A DNA stretch of 45,094 bases from Paramecium tetraurelia. Taxonomy: Eukaryota. The stretch is taken from the NCBI GenBank assembly GCA_000165425.1, contig CT868002.1, positions 248,001-293,094 of the forward strand, read 5' to 3'. Shown here in pieces: positions 14,654-27,023 of the stretch; position 1 is the stretch's first letter; each line of letters starts with the position of its first letter. The notes under the pieces were generated by a model. It was not told where the DNA came from. It made no database searches and was given only the letters and a program-made list of their open reading frames with translations. Both the position numbers and the translations under genes were made by a program.

Positions 14654-14948
14654 ATTAAATATATGTTAATTTAAGACGATTTAGATTTATTCATTAAAAA
14701 AAATTCATTCATTAAGAAAATCCTAAAAAAACAGACATTAGCAGAAAATTATTACATTTACAGCCTTTTTTCTTATTATTACCTAAGGAGTCAAAAATGA
14801 ATTGTAATTTCCTTATCAACCCTTGTTATAGTTGGAATAATATAATTATAACAATTGGTAGACTTCCACATTTTAAATGATAAATTGTCAATCAATTTAT
14901 GAGATCAAATGATGATCAAATAATAATAATGATTATATATAATTAGCA

Positions 14949-15884
14949 TCAATTTTTTGATTCTTCCTATTTTTATGATTCTGCAGCCTCCAAAGGATTG
15001 TCATAAGCCCATTCATCAAAGTCTTCAATTTCTTGATCTGTAAATTTAGTACTCTAATTTCCAATTAACAGAATACTTTGATTTTATTTAGGTCATTTTC
15101 ATTAAGTGCTCCTACTTTTTTTGCATCTCTTAATTTTTATAAGATCATTTTATTCTTCTTTACAGTCTTGTATTCATTCTCTGCCAATTAGGCTAGTTCT
15201 TGATTTTTTGCTTTATAGAATCTGTACATGACTTTAATCTAAGGGATTGTAGATATGGAGAATTTACATTTTCACACTTTTTCAGAAGTGGGTCTTCATT
15301 GATTTCGGGTTCAAAATAGAAATAAATGGGTAATTAGAGTTCTTCCTTTGGATTAAGTAATTGTTAATTGAAGCAGAAGCATTGAATTTTTGCAAAATAA
15401 AGTCCTGCATCTTCAGGAAATATTTAGTAAGTAGCAAAACCTTAAATAATAATTATATAAAACCTACTACTGCTTTGTCATTTCTGTTGTATGCTCTATA
15501 AAAGACTAAAGCAGTTTCTCCAGCATGAACGGTGACATTCTATTGGACAGGGAGAAATTCCCAGTTGGCTTCAGGATCAGTTTCTGCTCCAAATTCAATA
15601 TGATATTTTCTGAAGACATCCACTAGAAATGAGAGGATAGATATACATTTTTTGCCTTTCATTGAATAGTCCTTTTTATCAAGGTCACCCTCCAAGCCAA
15701 AATGCTCACACCACAATCTATAAAATGGGACAGCACCAAAGGCACATCCAAAAGCAGCTCCGTATAAACCAATGTTATAGAGTAATTCCTATCGTCTTTT
15801 CTTTTTAAAGGATGTCAGATTATGTTAAATATTGGATCGACTTGAATGTTTGAATGAATAAAACAATTTGGATAGTTTGAACAT
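14949..15884 (-). CDS. COX11: Cytochrome c oxidase copper chaperone COX11
   Basis: Basic N-terminal targeting-like peptide, TM ..AFGAVPFYRLWC, WEFLPVQQNVTVHAGETALVFYRAYN, GFATYQIFPEDAGLYFAKIQCFCFNQQLLNPKEELQLPIYFYFEPE (CFCF copper motif). Four short introns; TGA 14949-14951. Confidence 0.95.
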
Positions 15885-15934
15885 TATTAATATAAAAATT
15901 GGAATAAAATTGTTAGATATAGACTAATAATAAA

Positions 15935-18171
15935 TCAATCAATTTCAGCCAATAGATCCTCTTCTTCGTGTTATAATTGATCAACTAATTATTTATGACT
16001 AATATCCTCTTTATTTAGGAACTAATATTATAATAATGAATTACTTCTTGTGCTTCATCAACAGAAACATGAGATTTCTAATTCTCAATGTTGCTGATTA
16101 AAGTGATTCCTTATTGGACAATCTGAGCCCAGAAGACAAGTTGACTGTACTTCTCTTTAAGAACATGCAAGTATTTATTGAATACTGGGGCTTCATCTTC
16201 TGTGATACAGGCTTTCCTCATTTCTTTGAGACACTCAAGTGCTTTTGGATAGAAACTGCCTTTGAGAGATTGATCCACAAATTAAATAATGACTTTTTGA
16301 ATTTATTGTAAGGCAGTGTCAACTAAGTCGACTCTCTTTTCAGTAATCATCTTCCTGAAATCTGAAGTGGGATCAACAGTGCCGATTTCCTTAACTATAT
16401 CGTCATTGAATCCTAATTTTTATTTGGCAAACATATTAACCATCTCTTCTTCTTCTTAATTGATTTCAACTACTTCATCCTCCACTTACTATTAAATTTA
16501 TTCTGTAGATTGATCTTCAAATAGTTATTTCCAAAACACTTTCTTATCCCCTTGTTTTTTGATTTCGTTGATTTTGAATTTGAAAGCAGCCTTGACTTTT
16601 TGAAGTGCCTCTTTTGCATAATCGTAAACCCTCTTTTCAGGATGTAAATACTCCAAGATGAGAGGGGAGATAGGAGGCAATACATCAGATCTAGTGATGG
16701 CTTTGTGCATGACCACTTATTGGAAGTATTATCTCGTAGGATTGGCAACATACTTCATTTTAAGAAGTTCTTCAAACTGTCCATCTTCCGTGGGCATCTT
16801 TTCTAGATCCATACAGTCAATCATAGCAGAGACTGCCATCTATTATGGAGGAGTAGATCTCTTCAAAGCAGCAAATTGAAAATGCCTGATGTCTTCAGTT
16901 GTAGGCAAGGATATCATCCAGAAGCACTAAGAGTTCTTGGATTTATGGGGTAATAACATAATCAATTTAGGTGCTGTTTTCTCTCTGCCTACAAATCTGG
17001 CAAGAGCTACTTTCCTAGTTGCAATGAGTGCAATGACTAGAGCAGCCAGAGCTTTCTATTACTTCTGATTTTCTACAGCAATGACCATGTCAACAGTTGA
17101 GGTATAATAATATCTAGGTATATGGGATCGATCTACAAAGCCTAATAATTAAAATTAACGAGGACACTAGTATTTCATTTTGTCCTCCATGATTTAATCC
17201 ACTGGAACCAGATTCCTACCATATTAGTATCCTCTTATTATGTTGTCCTTTTCTATTGGAGTCATATTGGGATCTTCTGGATTGTAATAGATGAGATCAT
17301 TCCTCACATGATTCTTATTGGTATCAGTTTGAAATTCTCCAAGGGTAGAATGTTTTCTAAGAGTAGGCAATCTCTCTTCAAAACATCGTTTATATATTAG
17401 AACTTGTACAGAGATCTCATCATTAATTTGGAAATCCCCCCTGAATGATGCTCTAGCTTACAAAGATCTGGTATGAAATTGGGAATACAATTCAAAGGCA
17501 ACATTTGCTGGGAATATTCTCATGTTGTTCCTCAATTCTTGGACCATCAAAAAAACATAACGAGAATTGATAGATTGTTCTTAACATTGATATGAAGCTG
17601 TAAGCATTCTATTATTAAGTGCTTCGAATTCTTCAGGTTTTTCAGGATCATCCATATCTCCATTGTAATCATTCATAAAATCAAGAGCTATGAAATTTAT
17701 CTTAACATCCACTTTCTCAATCATCTTGATTAATTTGGTTATCTACTTTTCACTGTAATCAGTCTGTCCACAACCAGCTGTTAATATAAAGATCTTCTTT
17801 TCCATTTTTTTTGTCTTTGCATGATCATCTAAAGCATGTACTGCCTTGTCCAATGCATCAAATATATCTCCACCCACTTATTATCCAACATCATGGTTAG
17901 GTAAATCACTAATATTCCTAAAGAAATCTAAATCTGGGATTGACAAATCTTGGATGTACAATGTCTTGCCATCAGGAGCTTCTTCTGTTCCAAATAAAAT
18001 CAATCCGACTTCGTGATTCTTATAATTAAAAATCTTTTATTGAATCATCAATCCTAAACAATCTACTGCCAATTCCAATCTGCTCAACTTTTTACTTCCT
18101 CCCTATTAATATTGACCATACATTGAGGCTCCAACATCCAATAATATTAGAGTAGCTTCTTTTCCAGACAT
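15935..18171 (-). CDS. KU80: Ku80 (XRCC5) NHEJ DNA end-binding subunit, 737 aa
   Basis: vWA start MSGKEATLILLDVGASM..HEVGLILFGT..GDIFDAL; beta-barrel core IRGYQYGRNLVPV, FQLLGFV, VALARFV..APKL, LPTTEDIRHFQF, NPTRQYFQQ; C-terminal domain IGTVDPTSDF..KALECLKEMRKACI; DNA-PKcs-binding-type tail EEEDLLAEID. Single 23-nt intron 16022-16044; spliced length 2214 nt. Confidence 0.97.
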
Positions 18172-18256
18172 CTTTGCACTTATTTTTTATATATATCTAC
18201 AAATTCATTATTGAAATTTGTATATTAAAAAATTGCCTGTATTATTTATCTATTTA
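18172..18256. promoter_or_regulatory. 85-bp divergent promoter region shared by KU80 and the WD40 gene
   Basis: Head-to-head ATGs at 18171(-) and 18257(+); function inferred from geometry. Confidence 0.55.
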
Positions 18257-19771
18257 ATGTAAATCTAAGAAAATTAACTTATCATCGATTACATCAAGAA
18301 ATTACTATGTCCATATCACAACAAGCCCATTAGATACATGAGTTATTCCCCAAATGTCCCCCTTGGCTATAAACTCATTTGTTCTGATTGTGCTGAGGAC
18401 CGCGGCTTAAATAACTATAAAGAAGTTGAAAGTTGTGTTAAAGAAATCAATAAAGACAGAGTCCCTCAACCAATCAGAAATGCATGTTAACAACTAATGG
18501 AGTTTTTTGATAGAATGAAAAATCAAGTTGCTGCTCCTCTTAATCAACACACATATTTCCTTCGAAATACACAAAATGAAGGAGGACTTATTCAATTCTA
18601 GGAGGAACTTAAATAATATTATCTAGATGGCCTAAATTCAAACTATGGCCAACAATTAATTGCAAATGGAAAAAAAATAATTTTTAATTCTATTAGGTAA
18701 CTTGAAGCATTCTCAACTGATCTGACATCACTTTTAACAAATTCATAATACGAGTAGTAAAGCCTTACAGAAATATGGAAAAAAGAATATTAAAAATAAC
18801 CCTCAGTTATCGAGGTTGATTTCTCAGATTAAGAATTCTTCATCTTAAGTGATGAAAAACTTGAAGTCTACAATACTTAAGTAGATGGCATAAGACTTCA
18901 GCAATAACATCACCTTGATAAAAAAATTAATTGTATGATCAAAGCTCAATCTAAACCATTAATCTTTTTAGGTAGGTATGATGGAATTGTGGAAGTATTT
19001 GAGTAATTAACTAATGGCGATTATGTATCCTCCCATAAAATTGAAGCACATTCATCCGGTAAATTCTAATATGGAGTCAGCTGTATTATTACCAATTCTG
19101 ACAGTTCAGAAATAATTACAGGAGGATATGATGCTCTTGTCAAATCATGGAGATTTAGAAATCGCTAATGGTAACTTATCTCTACTCTAAATCAGCATAA
19201 AAATATTATCAATTCTTTATCTTATAACTCAGATTTTAACATCATTGGATCAGCCAGTTAGGATCGTTCATTTTCATTGTACAAATCAAACTCCTAATAT
19301 CTCTATTTAAATTCGTTCACCTAAACCAATACAAATCGTGTTAATACTATATGTTTTGTAAGTCCCACTAATTTTGTTATTTCTCTAAATTAAGACACAA
19401 GTATCTATTTGTATACAATTCAAAATACATTGGATTAAATATTTAAAATCGAAAATTTATAGACTATCCAACTTAACAAAATCAATACTGATATCACTAT
19501 TACTGTCTAGCCAAGATATTATGAATCCTTAAAATTATTGATCTTCTAAAGTAATAATCAAACCTATTACCTATGCTAAGATAGTCAAAATAAATTTCAA
19601 TTCTTTCCTATCAGCAGATATGTTTCCAGAAACTAATCGTAAGATAATTCGGCATAACCAGAAAATTCACTCAAAGGATCTATGTTTAGACTTATGGAAT
19701 ATGGATAATAATCAATTTAGTTGTTTTAAGAAGGTTCTTCATATGTTGTGCGTGCATCGAAATTTTAATGA
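18257..19771 (+). CDS. Intronless 504-aa WD40-repeat protein with N-terminal CxxH..CxxC Zn-binding-like module
   Basis: Continuous code-6 ORF of 1515 nt: LCPYHNKPIRY..KLICSDC, helical linker, then WD blades (LIFLGRYDGIVEVF; AH..GVSCIITNSDSSEIITGGYDALVKSW; QHKNIINSLSYNSDFNIIGSASQDRSFSLY). TGA 19769-19771. Confidence 0.85.
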
Positions 19772-19822
19772 TATTTTCTATATTTTATATAGAATAATTA
19801 TAATTTTTAATTTAATATCATA

Positions 19823-22800
19823 TCATATTCTTTATTATGAAGGATAAAATTTAGTCAGGAGTCTTTATGTAATAAATCCAACCGTTGCTGTCCCTATTAC
19901 AACTGCAATCATAATCCAATTAAATCCTTTATAGCTATAAATTATAGATTTAGATTACGTATTATCGTTAATATCTATCACTTTTAACCATTTTCCACCT
20001 TAATTAGGGAAAATTGCAGCCAAAAAAAATATCACAAAACCAATAATAGTCCATACTAATAATAGCTTATTTTAATAGTATCTAAGTTTAAATGGACTTG
20101 ACACATAGAGATTAATAGCGAAGGTCATAAAGTAAAAGATAATACTCAAGAACATTATGGATTGAATATCACCTGATTACTTTAAACTATTAATTGGTTT
20201 TGGAATACAATTATCAATAGGTTCTTTGAATTAACAAGTGTGAACATCACGTGCTTACTAAGAGAGGAAATAATTAATAATTAAGCTAAAAAAAGGTTAA
20301 GTTATAAGTGATACCCTACTGATGCCCAAAAGAGATTATTATAAATTTACAATTGATTTCTTAAAGCAAATTAGTCATCTATAGGATTTTGATCTGCTAA
20401 GGTATCACAAGGTCCTGACATGCATAAAAAGGTCAGTAAAGGAATTATTGCGATTAAACTAGTGTATGTGAATTAAATGTCAGCAAAAGTTTCAGCTTCG
20501 AGAAATGTAATTAGAATAGCAATAAATTTGATTACATTAACACTAATCAAATACTGAAAAACTTCAATGAAATTTCTTTTTGATACCTTACCCTATTAAA
20601 GTATCTTAATAACGCAATCAATTGAATTGGATCTACTAATAAATGGTGCTGTATAAGAGGCATCTGCTTCATTGAATGATATACCCACTTAGGCTTACGA
20701 AATTGCAGACTAAATTATGCTTTAATATATTGATTACACAATCATTAGCTCCATCTCCACACATTAATACTTGTTTACCAAGACTTTACAGAACCTAAAT
20801 TACATGCTTCTTTTATTCTGGTTTCTGTCTAGCGAATACTTTTGTTTTTTTTATAAGATTAAATAGAAATTTCTTAACGTTTACATCTTCTGTGTCTATT
20901 TAAGCAATTTCTGTAAATACCATATTCTTACCGCTTGCTTTAGCTAATTAATTATCATTTAAATCATTAATATCTTTTAAATTACCCTGAGTAATCACGT
21001 AATCTAAAAATTTACCAGTTATTGCCAGTTCAGACTTATCATCAATTATTGTGTCTAATTAATTGAAAATATTTTATTATTAAATTTGTATGACCTTCTT
21101 ATCATTGTTGGATTAAATTGTAACTGATTAATCTTATTCATTATAATCTATAAATGAAATATCTTGATCAGCAGTTAATATCTAAGCCATCTTGCTGCAT
21201 TAAATTGTGGTTAATGGATTATCCCCTGATATTACTTTAATATCAAGCCCACTCTTCTTTAAAGCTGCTATTACATCTGCAGTGTCTTATTTTAATGGGT
21301 TTTCCATTAATAATAAGCCTACAAAATTAAGTGATTACTCTAACTATTCCCTTGTTAGGTCGATTTGATTACTTTGAAGTTCCCTATAAGCTAATCCCAA
21401 GATTCTATAACCTTTAGTGGCATTAATATTAAACTCATTAATTAAATCATCCCTTTTACTTAGAGCAATCTAATTGATCGACTCAGGAGTACCTTTTGTA
21501 TATAAGAAGTATTTCTGATCGACTGAAACAATAACGCTCATCATAAAATTTTAAGTATTGAAATCAAATATCTTATGTATCACAAACTATTTATTATTTC
21601 CATTGATAATAGTACGTTATTTATCGAAATCACATTACCAGCCTACAAATCTGAGCATCTCAATTTCTAATGGATCTCCAATTATATTCCCATTAACTTT
21701 TAATAAATGATGACAACAACCCATAATAGCGTTCAATATTGGTTATTCTTCTTGAGGAATAGCTTTGACAACTTTGAATCCTAAAGTTGTTAATGTACCA
21801 GTTTTATCAAAACAACATGTGTCTATTATTCCAGCTGACTCTATTTTCTCTGCATTATTTCCAATTATTCCTTTTTTCTCCAATTTTACTAAACTAAAAG
21901 TCTTGCATACCTAAAAAAAAATAGGCATAGAAGGAGGTATAGACCAAACTATATTATCCAAAAATCTTAAGACTAATATACTTGGTTCAAAATCCATAGG
22001 AATATAGCTGATTAAAAAGAATCCAAAAATTGCTGCCATGATCAAACCATTTCCTAAAAGAAATTTTGCTGCTTAAATATAAAACTTCATTGACTGCGGA
22101 TGTGGATAAAGTACATTTCTAAAATATTATCCCCTCAAAGTACTAAATCCTGTTCTTAATACTATAGCAACACCACGATTGACTTGAATTAGCTTTGTAC
22201 CTTCAAATAAACAATTTTAATTCATTTTTTCAAATGAAAATTCGACATTTTAATTCTGAAAAGCACATTTAGGAATGGGAATGTCCTCTCCTGTTAACGT
22301 TGCTTCATTCACTAAAACATCACCTTCAATTATTGCACAGTCACAATTTAAAACCTGATTCTCTTTCAAAACCAATAAATCCCCTGGCAATAACCAACTA
22401 CTTGGTACTTTCTGATAAATTTGATTTAATTTTAATTTATCTCTATCATAAATTTCAACATTCTACTCATAATTTGCCAATTGTTATAATCGTTTTCTAG
22501 ATCGAACATATAAAAAATAGTTAATGTAAACTGACAACAAAGTAAAAATGAGAATCAATATTGATGGTAAAATAATGTTTTCAGCAATCCATATAGCAAC
22601 TGCAAAATATTGCAATAAATTGAAAGCCCCTGTGAAGGCATTAAACGAATAGACTAAAATAGAATCTATTGGTATTTGTATAGAACAATAACCAAAATAT
22701 TCACGTTTTACATTCCTGTCTTATTTATTTCGAAGTTTAATCATTTCAGATATGATTCTACCTTTACACTCAAACTCTATAGGCTCAAAACTTTAGATTT

Positions 22801-23167
22801 AAGAATTGAAACCATATACCAACATTCTATTGTTAATTGTAAATTTTTACCTAAATGTAAAATAGGATTTTTCTTTGATTAAATGTTTTGGACATACAAA
22901 TTACTCATTTTTTGAAGTTGTAATCAGGTAATGTGTCGCTGAAACTTCATCGTCGACTTAAATAAATAGGAAATTAGTATATAGTTTATTCGAATATTTT
23001 AAGGCCAACGCAAATAGAAAAGCAGTTATTAAGGAGAGCAGAATCTAATATATAATTTGTAAAATGAGTACGGCCAATATAAGTCTAATTTTGCTTAGTT
23101 AAGCAAATGCTACAGAAATAAGAAGATGTTGTCCTTCGACATCAGAGTTTTTAACAGGATATGACAT
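19823..23167 (-). CDS. P5-type ATPase (ATP13A/P5B-like), apparently intact
   Basis: VNEATLTGEDIPIPK (A domain), VLRTGFSTLRGQYFRNVLYP, IPPSMP (TM4), CFDKTGTLT (phosphorylation site), GDPLE, KGTPE, SGDNPLT, MCGDGAND. ATG 23167, TGA 19823-19825. Confidence 0.92.
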
Positions 23168-23199
23168 CAGCCTTAAATAATTTACTAAAACGAATTAAA

Positions 23200-26100
23200 T
23201 GATTTAAAATTCAACATTAAATACTTTTATAAGCATTTTTTAATTGATTATATTAAAGAAAATTTAAGTTTTAAAACTGCTTAGCTGAAATAACACACTG
23301 CACTTGTACAGAGAATGATAAAAACACCAATACATCAACATGCTTAGAACTAAAACATTTTTCATTATAATTACAGCCTTTTCGATATCTACAATTGATA
23401 GCCAACATCTTGTAGATCTATTAAACGTTACAATACACGCTAATAGACCTATATGACTAAAATTAAAACAATCCATGCTAATAATGAGTAATTACGATAC
23501 AATGTTCTAATATAAAAATATAGACTATACTTTAAAAGGAGTTGATTAGTAAATAATTATGCAAATTTTCATGTTAAAAATAAAGCCATTTTATCAAAAT
23601 TATTTTTCTTATAAATATAATGTTCTGGATATTTGATTTTAATATATTTTATGGTCCTTCCTGAATACATAATTTTAATAAAGCTCAAATAATTCCTTTA
23701 AATAACTATATTGATTTGCTAACATAATAACAGAGTTCAGTGGACCTTTTTAAAAATAGGATTTAAAATGGTTTGGTAAGGTGGAGCTTCAGAATTATCA
23801 GCTACAATAAAGAATATGATTAAGCAACTTAATGAAGTCAGGACAAAGATATTATAAAACTACAATTAATTATTTATTTAAAAGATGTTATCATTAGGAA
23901 TTGCATCAGTTAATTGATTTTCTCGTTAAGATAGAGTCAATAAAATTAACACTGGAATACTTGACAGGTAGTTCATGTTGTTATATTAAAAATCGCCAAA
24001 GTTCATCTCTTAAAATTATAAAAGTGCTGTTCCTGTGAATTTAAGAACACTAACCAATATGTAGTAATGGAATATTTCTATAATAATACTTAGAGTGGCC
24101 CTTCCTTAGAGTAAGATAAATTTAATGCATTCAAATTGAATCCTTTTTATAACTAAAAGGTGATGTACACCCACTAAAGCTTCAACTATTGCTGACTATA
24201 TTAAAGCACCATCTCCGACCATCATTACATTTTTATTTAGTTGGTTCTACAAATATTATACAATTTCTTTTTTTTAATGAAGTTTCATTCTTGTAAGGAT
24301 TTTTGTCTTTTTAACCAAATTTTTTAAACATGTAATTAATTTGATATCAATGTCATCTGTTTATCTCAATTATTTGTAATATTATTAATCAATACTATAA
24401 TTCAAGGAAATATCACTTACTTTATTTGATAACAGATATCCCCATAAATTACCTGTTATGGCAAAATCGCTATTTCTATTTAAAATTAATTCCAACTATG
24501 TAATTATAAAATTAATCTGAGACCCTAATTTCTAGTCTAACTATGTTTTGGTTTAAAATTTTTAATTTAGATCTTATAATAAGAGCAACTCTTTTTTTCA
24601 TCATAACCTAATATAAGAGTATTAATTTATTCTTAATCAAATTTGATTCAAAAGCGCAGTGTACTGTTGTCAAAGGATTATCTCCTGAAATTATTTTTAT
24701 ATCTAAGTTTGATTCTAATAACTTTTCAATAATCTAGGATGTATCATCTTTTAAATTGTTTTTCAAAGTAAATAATCCAATAAAGTTTAATTTACTTTCC
24801 AAGATATTTCTATCCAATCCAATCTAATCATGCATTAATTATTTTTCAGCTAAACCAACGACCCTTAAACCTTAATAAGTCTATTACTGTAATTAGACTA
24901 AAAGAGATTTATCATATTGTTGATTTGATAATTCTTGACAAATAAATGATACTGATTTTCAAATTCATTAAAAACGATAACACTCATTATTTACAGATGA
25001 GAACTAAATTCAAATATTTTTATCACCAAAAACTCTTTTCGTTTTTTGAAACTTTGAAGTACTTTTAGTTATCAAAATTGATATTCCAATCAGTTAATTT
25101 AAAAATTTCTAATTCTAATGGATCTCCATTTAACTCCTCATTAATTATAGTCAAGTGATGACAATAAGCCATGATTTCCAATAAAGACTCTTGATGAGGA
25201 ATATAATAATTCGCCTATAAACCTGATGTAGATAGTGTTCCAGTTTTATCAAAGCATACAGTGTCAATTTTACCAGAATCTTCAGTTTTAATAGGATTTG
25301 ATCCTACAATATCTATTTATTTTAGTTTTAATAGAGACATAGCTTAATTTAATGAAAAAAAGATCAGTAAAGCAGGTGGAATTATCCAAGTTATTGCATC
25401 AAGATATCATTGTAATATATATTTAAATTATTAATACGAAAGATAATTGATAATGATAGGACAATATCTAACAATAATTAGTTTAATGGAATAATTCATG
25501 TATTAATATTTTGTTATGAGTAATATAGTGAAAATAGATAGAACAATGAGACCCAAAATGACTAAGAATTTATATGCTTAGACATAAACTCTCTAGATGG
25601 AGGTGGAGGAAATATAACATTTCTAAAATACTACCCCCTCATTGAAGCATATCCAGTTTTTATTACTAATCCAATATTCTTTTGATAAGGAGATATCTTA
25701 ATCACTTTAGTACCTTCAAAGAGAGTATTTTCATAAAATCATTCGATAATTTAATATGGCTTATTTTGGAATTGGTACTGTTTCCCTTGCTAGGGTAGCA
25801 TCATTCACCATTACATCACCTTAGATTAGTAGACAATCACAATTCATTTAGAGGTGTTTTTCAATAAAGAATTAATCTCCAACCACTAATTCACTTCCAT
25901 CTATTAATTTATTATCAATTAATTAAACATGTTATTTGATATTTGCTAATTTTTCTAGTTATATTTTAGATTTTCTCAGGCTGAAATGAGTCATGAATCA
26001 GTTAGTATTTTAAAAATCATTGTATATATGTAATGAATACCTATAGTTAAAATAAGAAGTATTGTTAATCACTATCTTTTGAGAAATGCTCTATTAATTA

Positions 26101-26351
26101 TTTGAATTAGTTACTAGGTAATGAGTGCAGGATTATTCATTGATTTTGACAAATAGAAAACTTCTATAGAGCTTGCTGCTCCATTTCATTAGTAATGCAA
26201 ACAGGGAGCAAGTGATAATGGACAGGATGATCTTATTTATGATTGTAAGTAGTATAGAAATGAAAATTCGAGATCTGCTTAGAATGACAGGAATAAATTC
26301 GATTAGAGAATGTTGTCCTTCAATATCAGAGGATTTAACTTTAAATATCAT
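23200..26351 (-). pseudogene. Tandem paralogous P5-ATPase pseudogene
   Basis: Starts MIFKVKSSDIEGQHSL (cf. MSYPVKNSDVEGQHLL of the neighbour) and keeps CFDKTGTL, GDPLE, SGDNPLT, MVGDG. Lesions: ~270-nt deletion of TM1-2 near 25982, TGE->ARE, loss of the KGxPE motif (~24935), frameshift plus TGA near 25025-25040, and a stop-containing 60-bp insertion. 3' end approximate. Confidence 0.85.
25405..25466. other. 60-bp TA-bounded IES-like insertion retained in the P5-ATPase pseudogene
   Basis: aagaTA-tcattgtaat...gataggacaa-TAtctaac. Removing it leaving one TA restores IIVRYLDAITWIIPP, colinear with the paralog's LVLRFLDNIVWSIPP. It contains an in-frame TGA and has no GT..AG ends that would restore the frame. 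Confidence 0.55.
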
Positions 26352-26368
26352 AATAATATTATCTTCAT

Positions 26369-26999
26369 TCATTTGAGTATTTTTTTAACAATATCTATAT
26401 ATAGGAATTTACCCTCATTTTTAGGATCTATGAATTTCATGTATTCATCAGCTTCATCTTCAGTGAACCTATAGCCCATTGTCATGAGCAATTCTTTGAA
26501 GTATTCACTCTAAATATACCCAGTGTTTTCCAAATCTACAGACTTAAAAGCTAGAATCATTAGATCAAATATCATACCTTCAACTAGTTGTTCTTCTCTG
26601 TCTTATTCCCTCTTCTTTTTGCTAACCAGAATGAATAGAGCATCAGATCTGATTCCTTAGCCCTCTGAATCTTCAAGTTCTTTGTATAACTCACTCAATT
26701 CCTATTCTTCATAAATGTATCCAATGGATGTCAATAATTCTTGCAATTCAGTAAAACTAATTCTTTCATCGCCATCTCTATCAAATAATTAAAAGTTTTC
26801 TCGATATTTCTTATCTTCAGCATCTGAGAATAATCTATCTTCATTATCGTAACTGATACTTCTTAAAGTTGTCATCAGAGTACAAATGGCTTTTAAGTTC
26901 TTCGATTACTACTCTTGGTTCAATCTTAGGCAATCCATCATTTAAAGCCACCTTCTCTTTTTGTCTTACTTGAGATAAATTAGTTTACGTTTAATTCAT
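26369..26999 (-). CDS. Calmodulin/centrin-like EF-hand protein
   Basis: KYRENFQLFDRDGDERISFTELQELLTSIG, EEQLVEAFKSVDLENTGYIQSEYFKELLMTMGYRFTEDEADEYMKFIDPKNEGKFLYIDIVKKILK*. Two introns (25 and 27 nt); ATG 26999. Confidence 0.85.
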
Positions 27000-27023
27000 A
27001 TTAATTAAATATAATATTCATAA

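Noticed and set aside
14663..14800. 45-codon plus-strand ORF in the spacer between the coiled-coil gene and COX11
   Set aside because: It starts 9 nt from the divergent ATG and has no recognisable motif; ORFs this size are expected by chance with a single stop codon.
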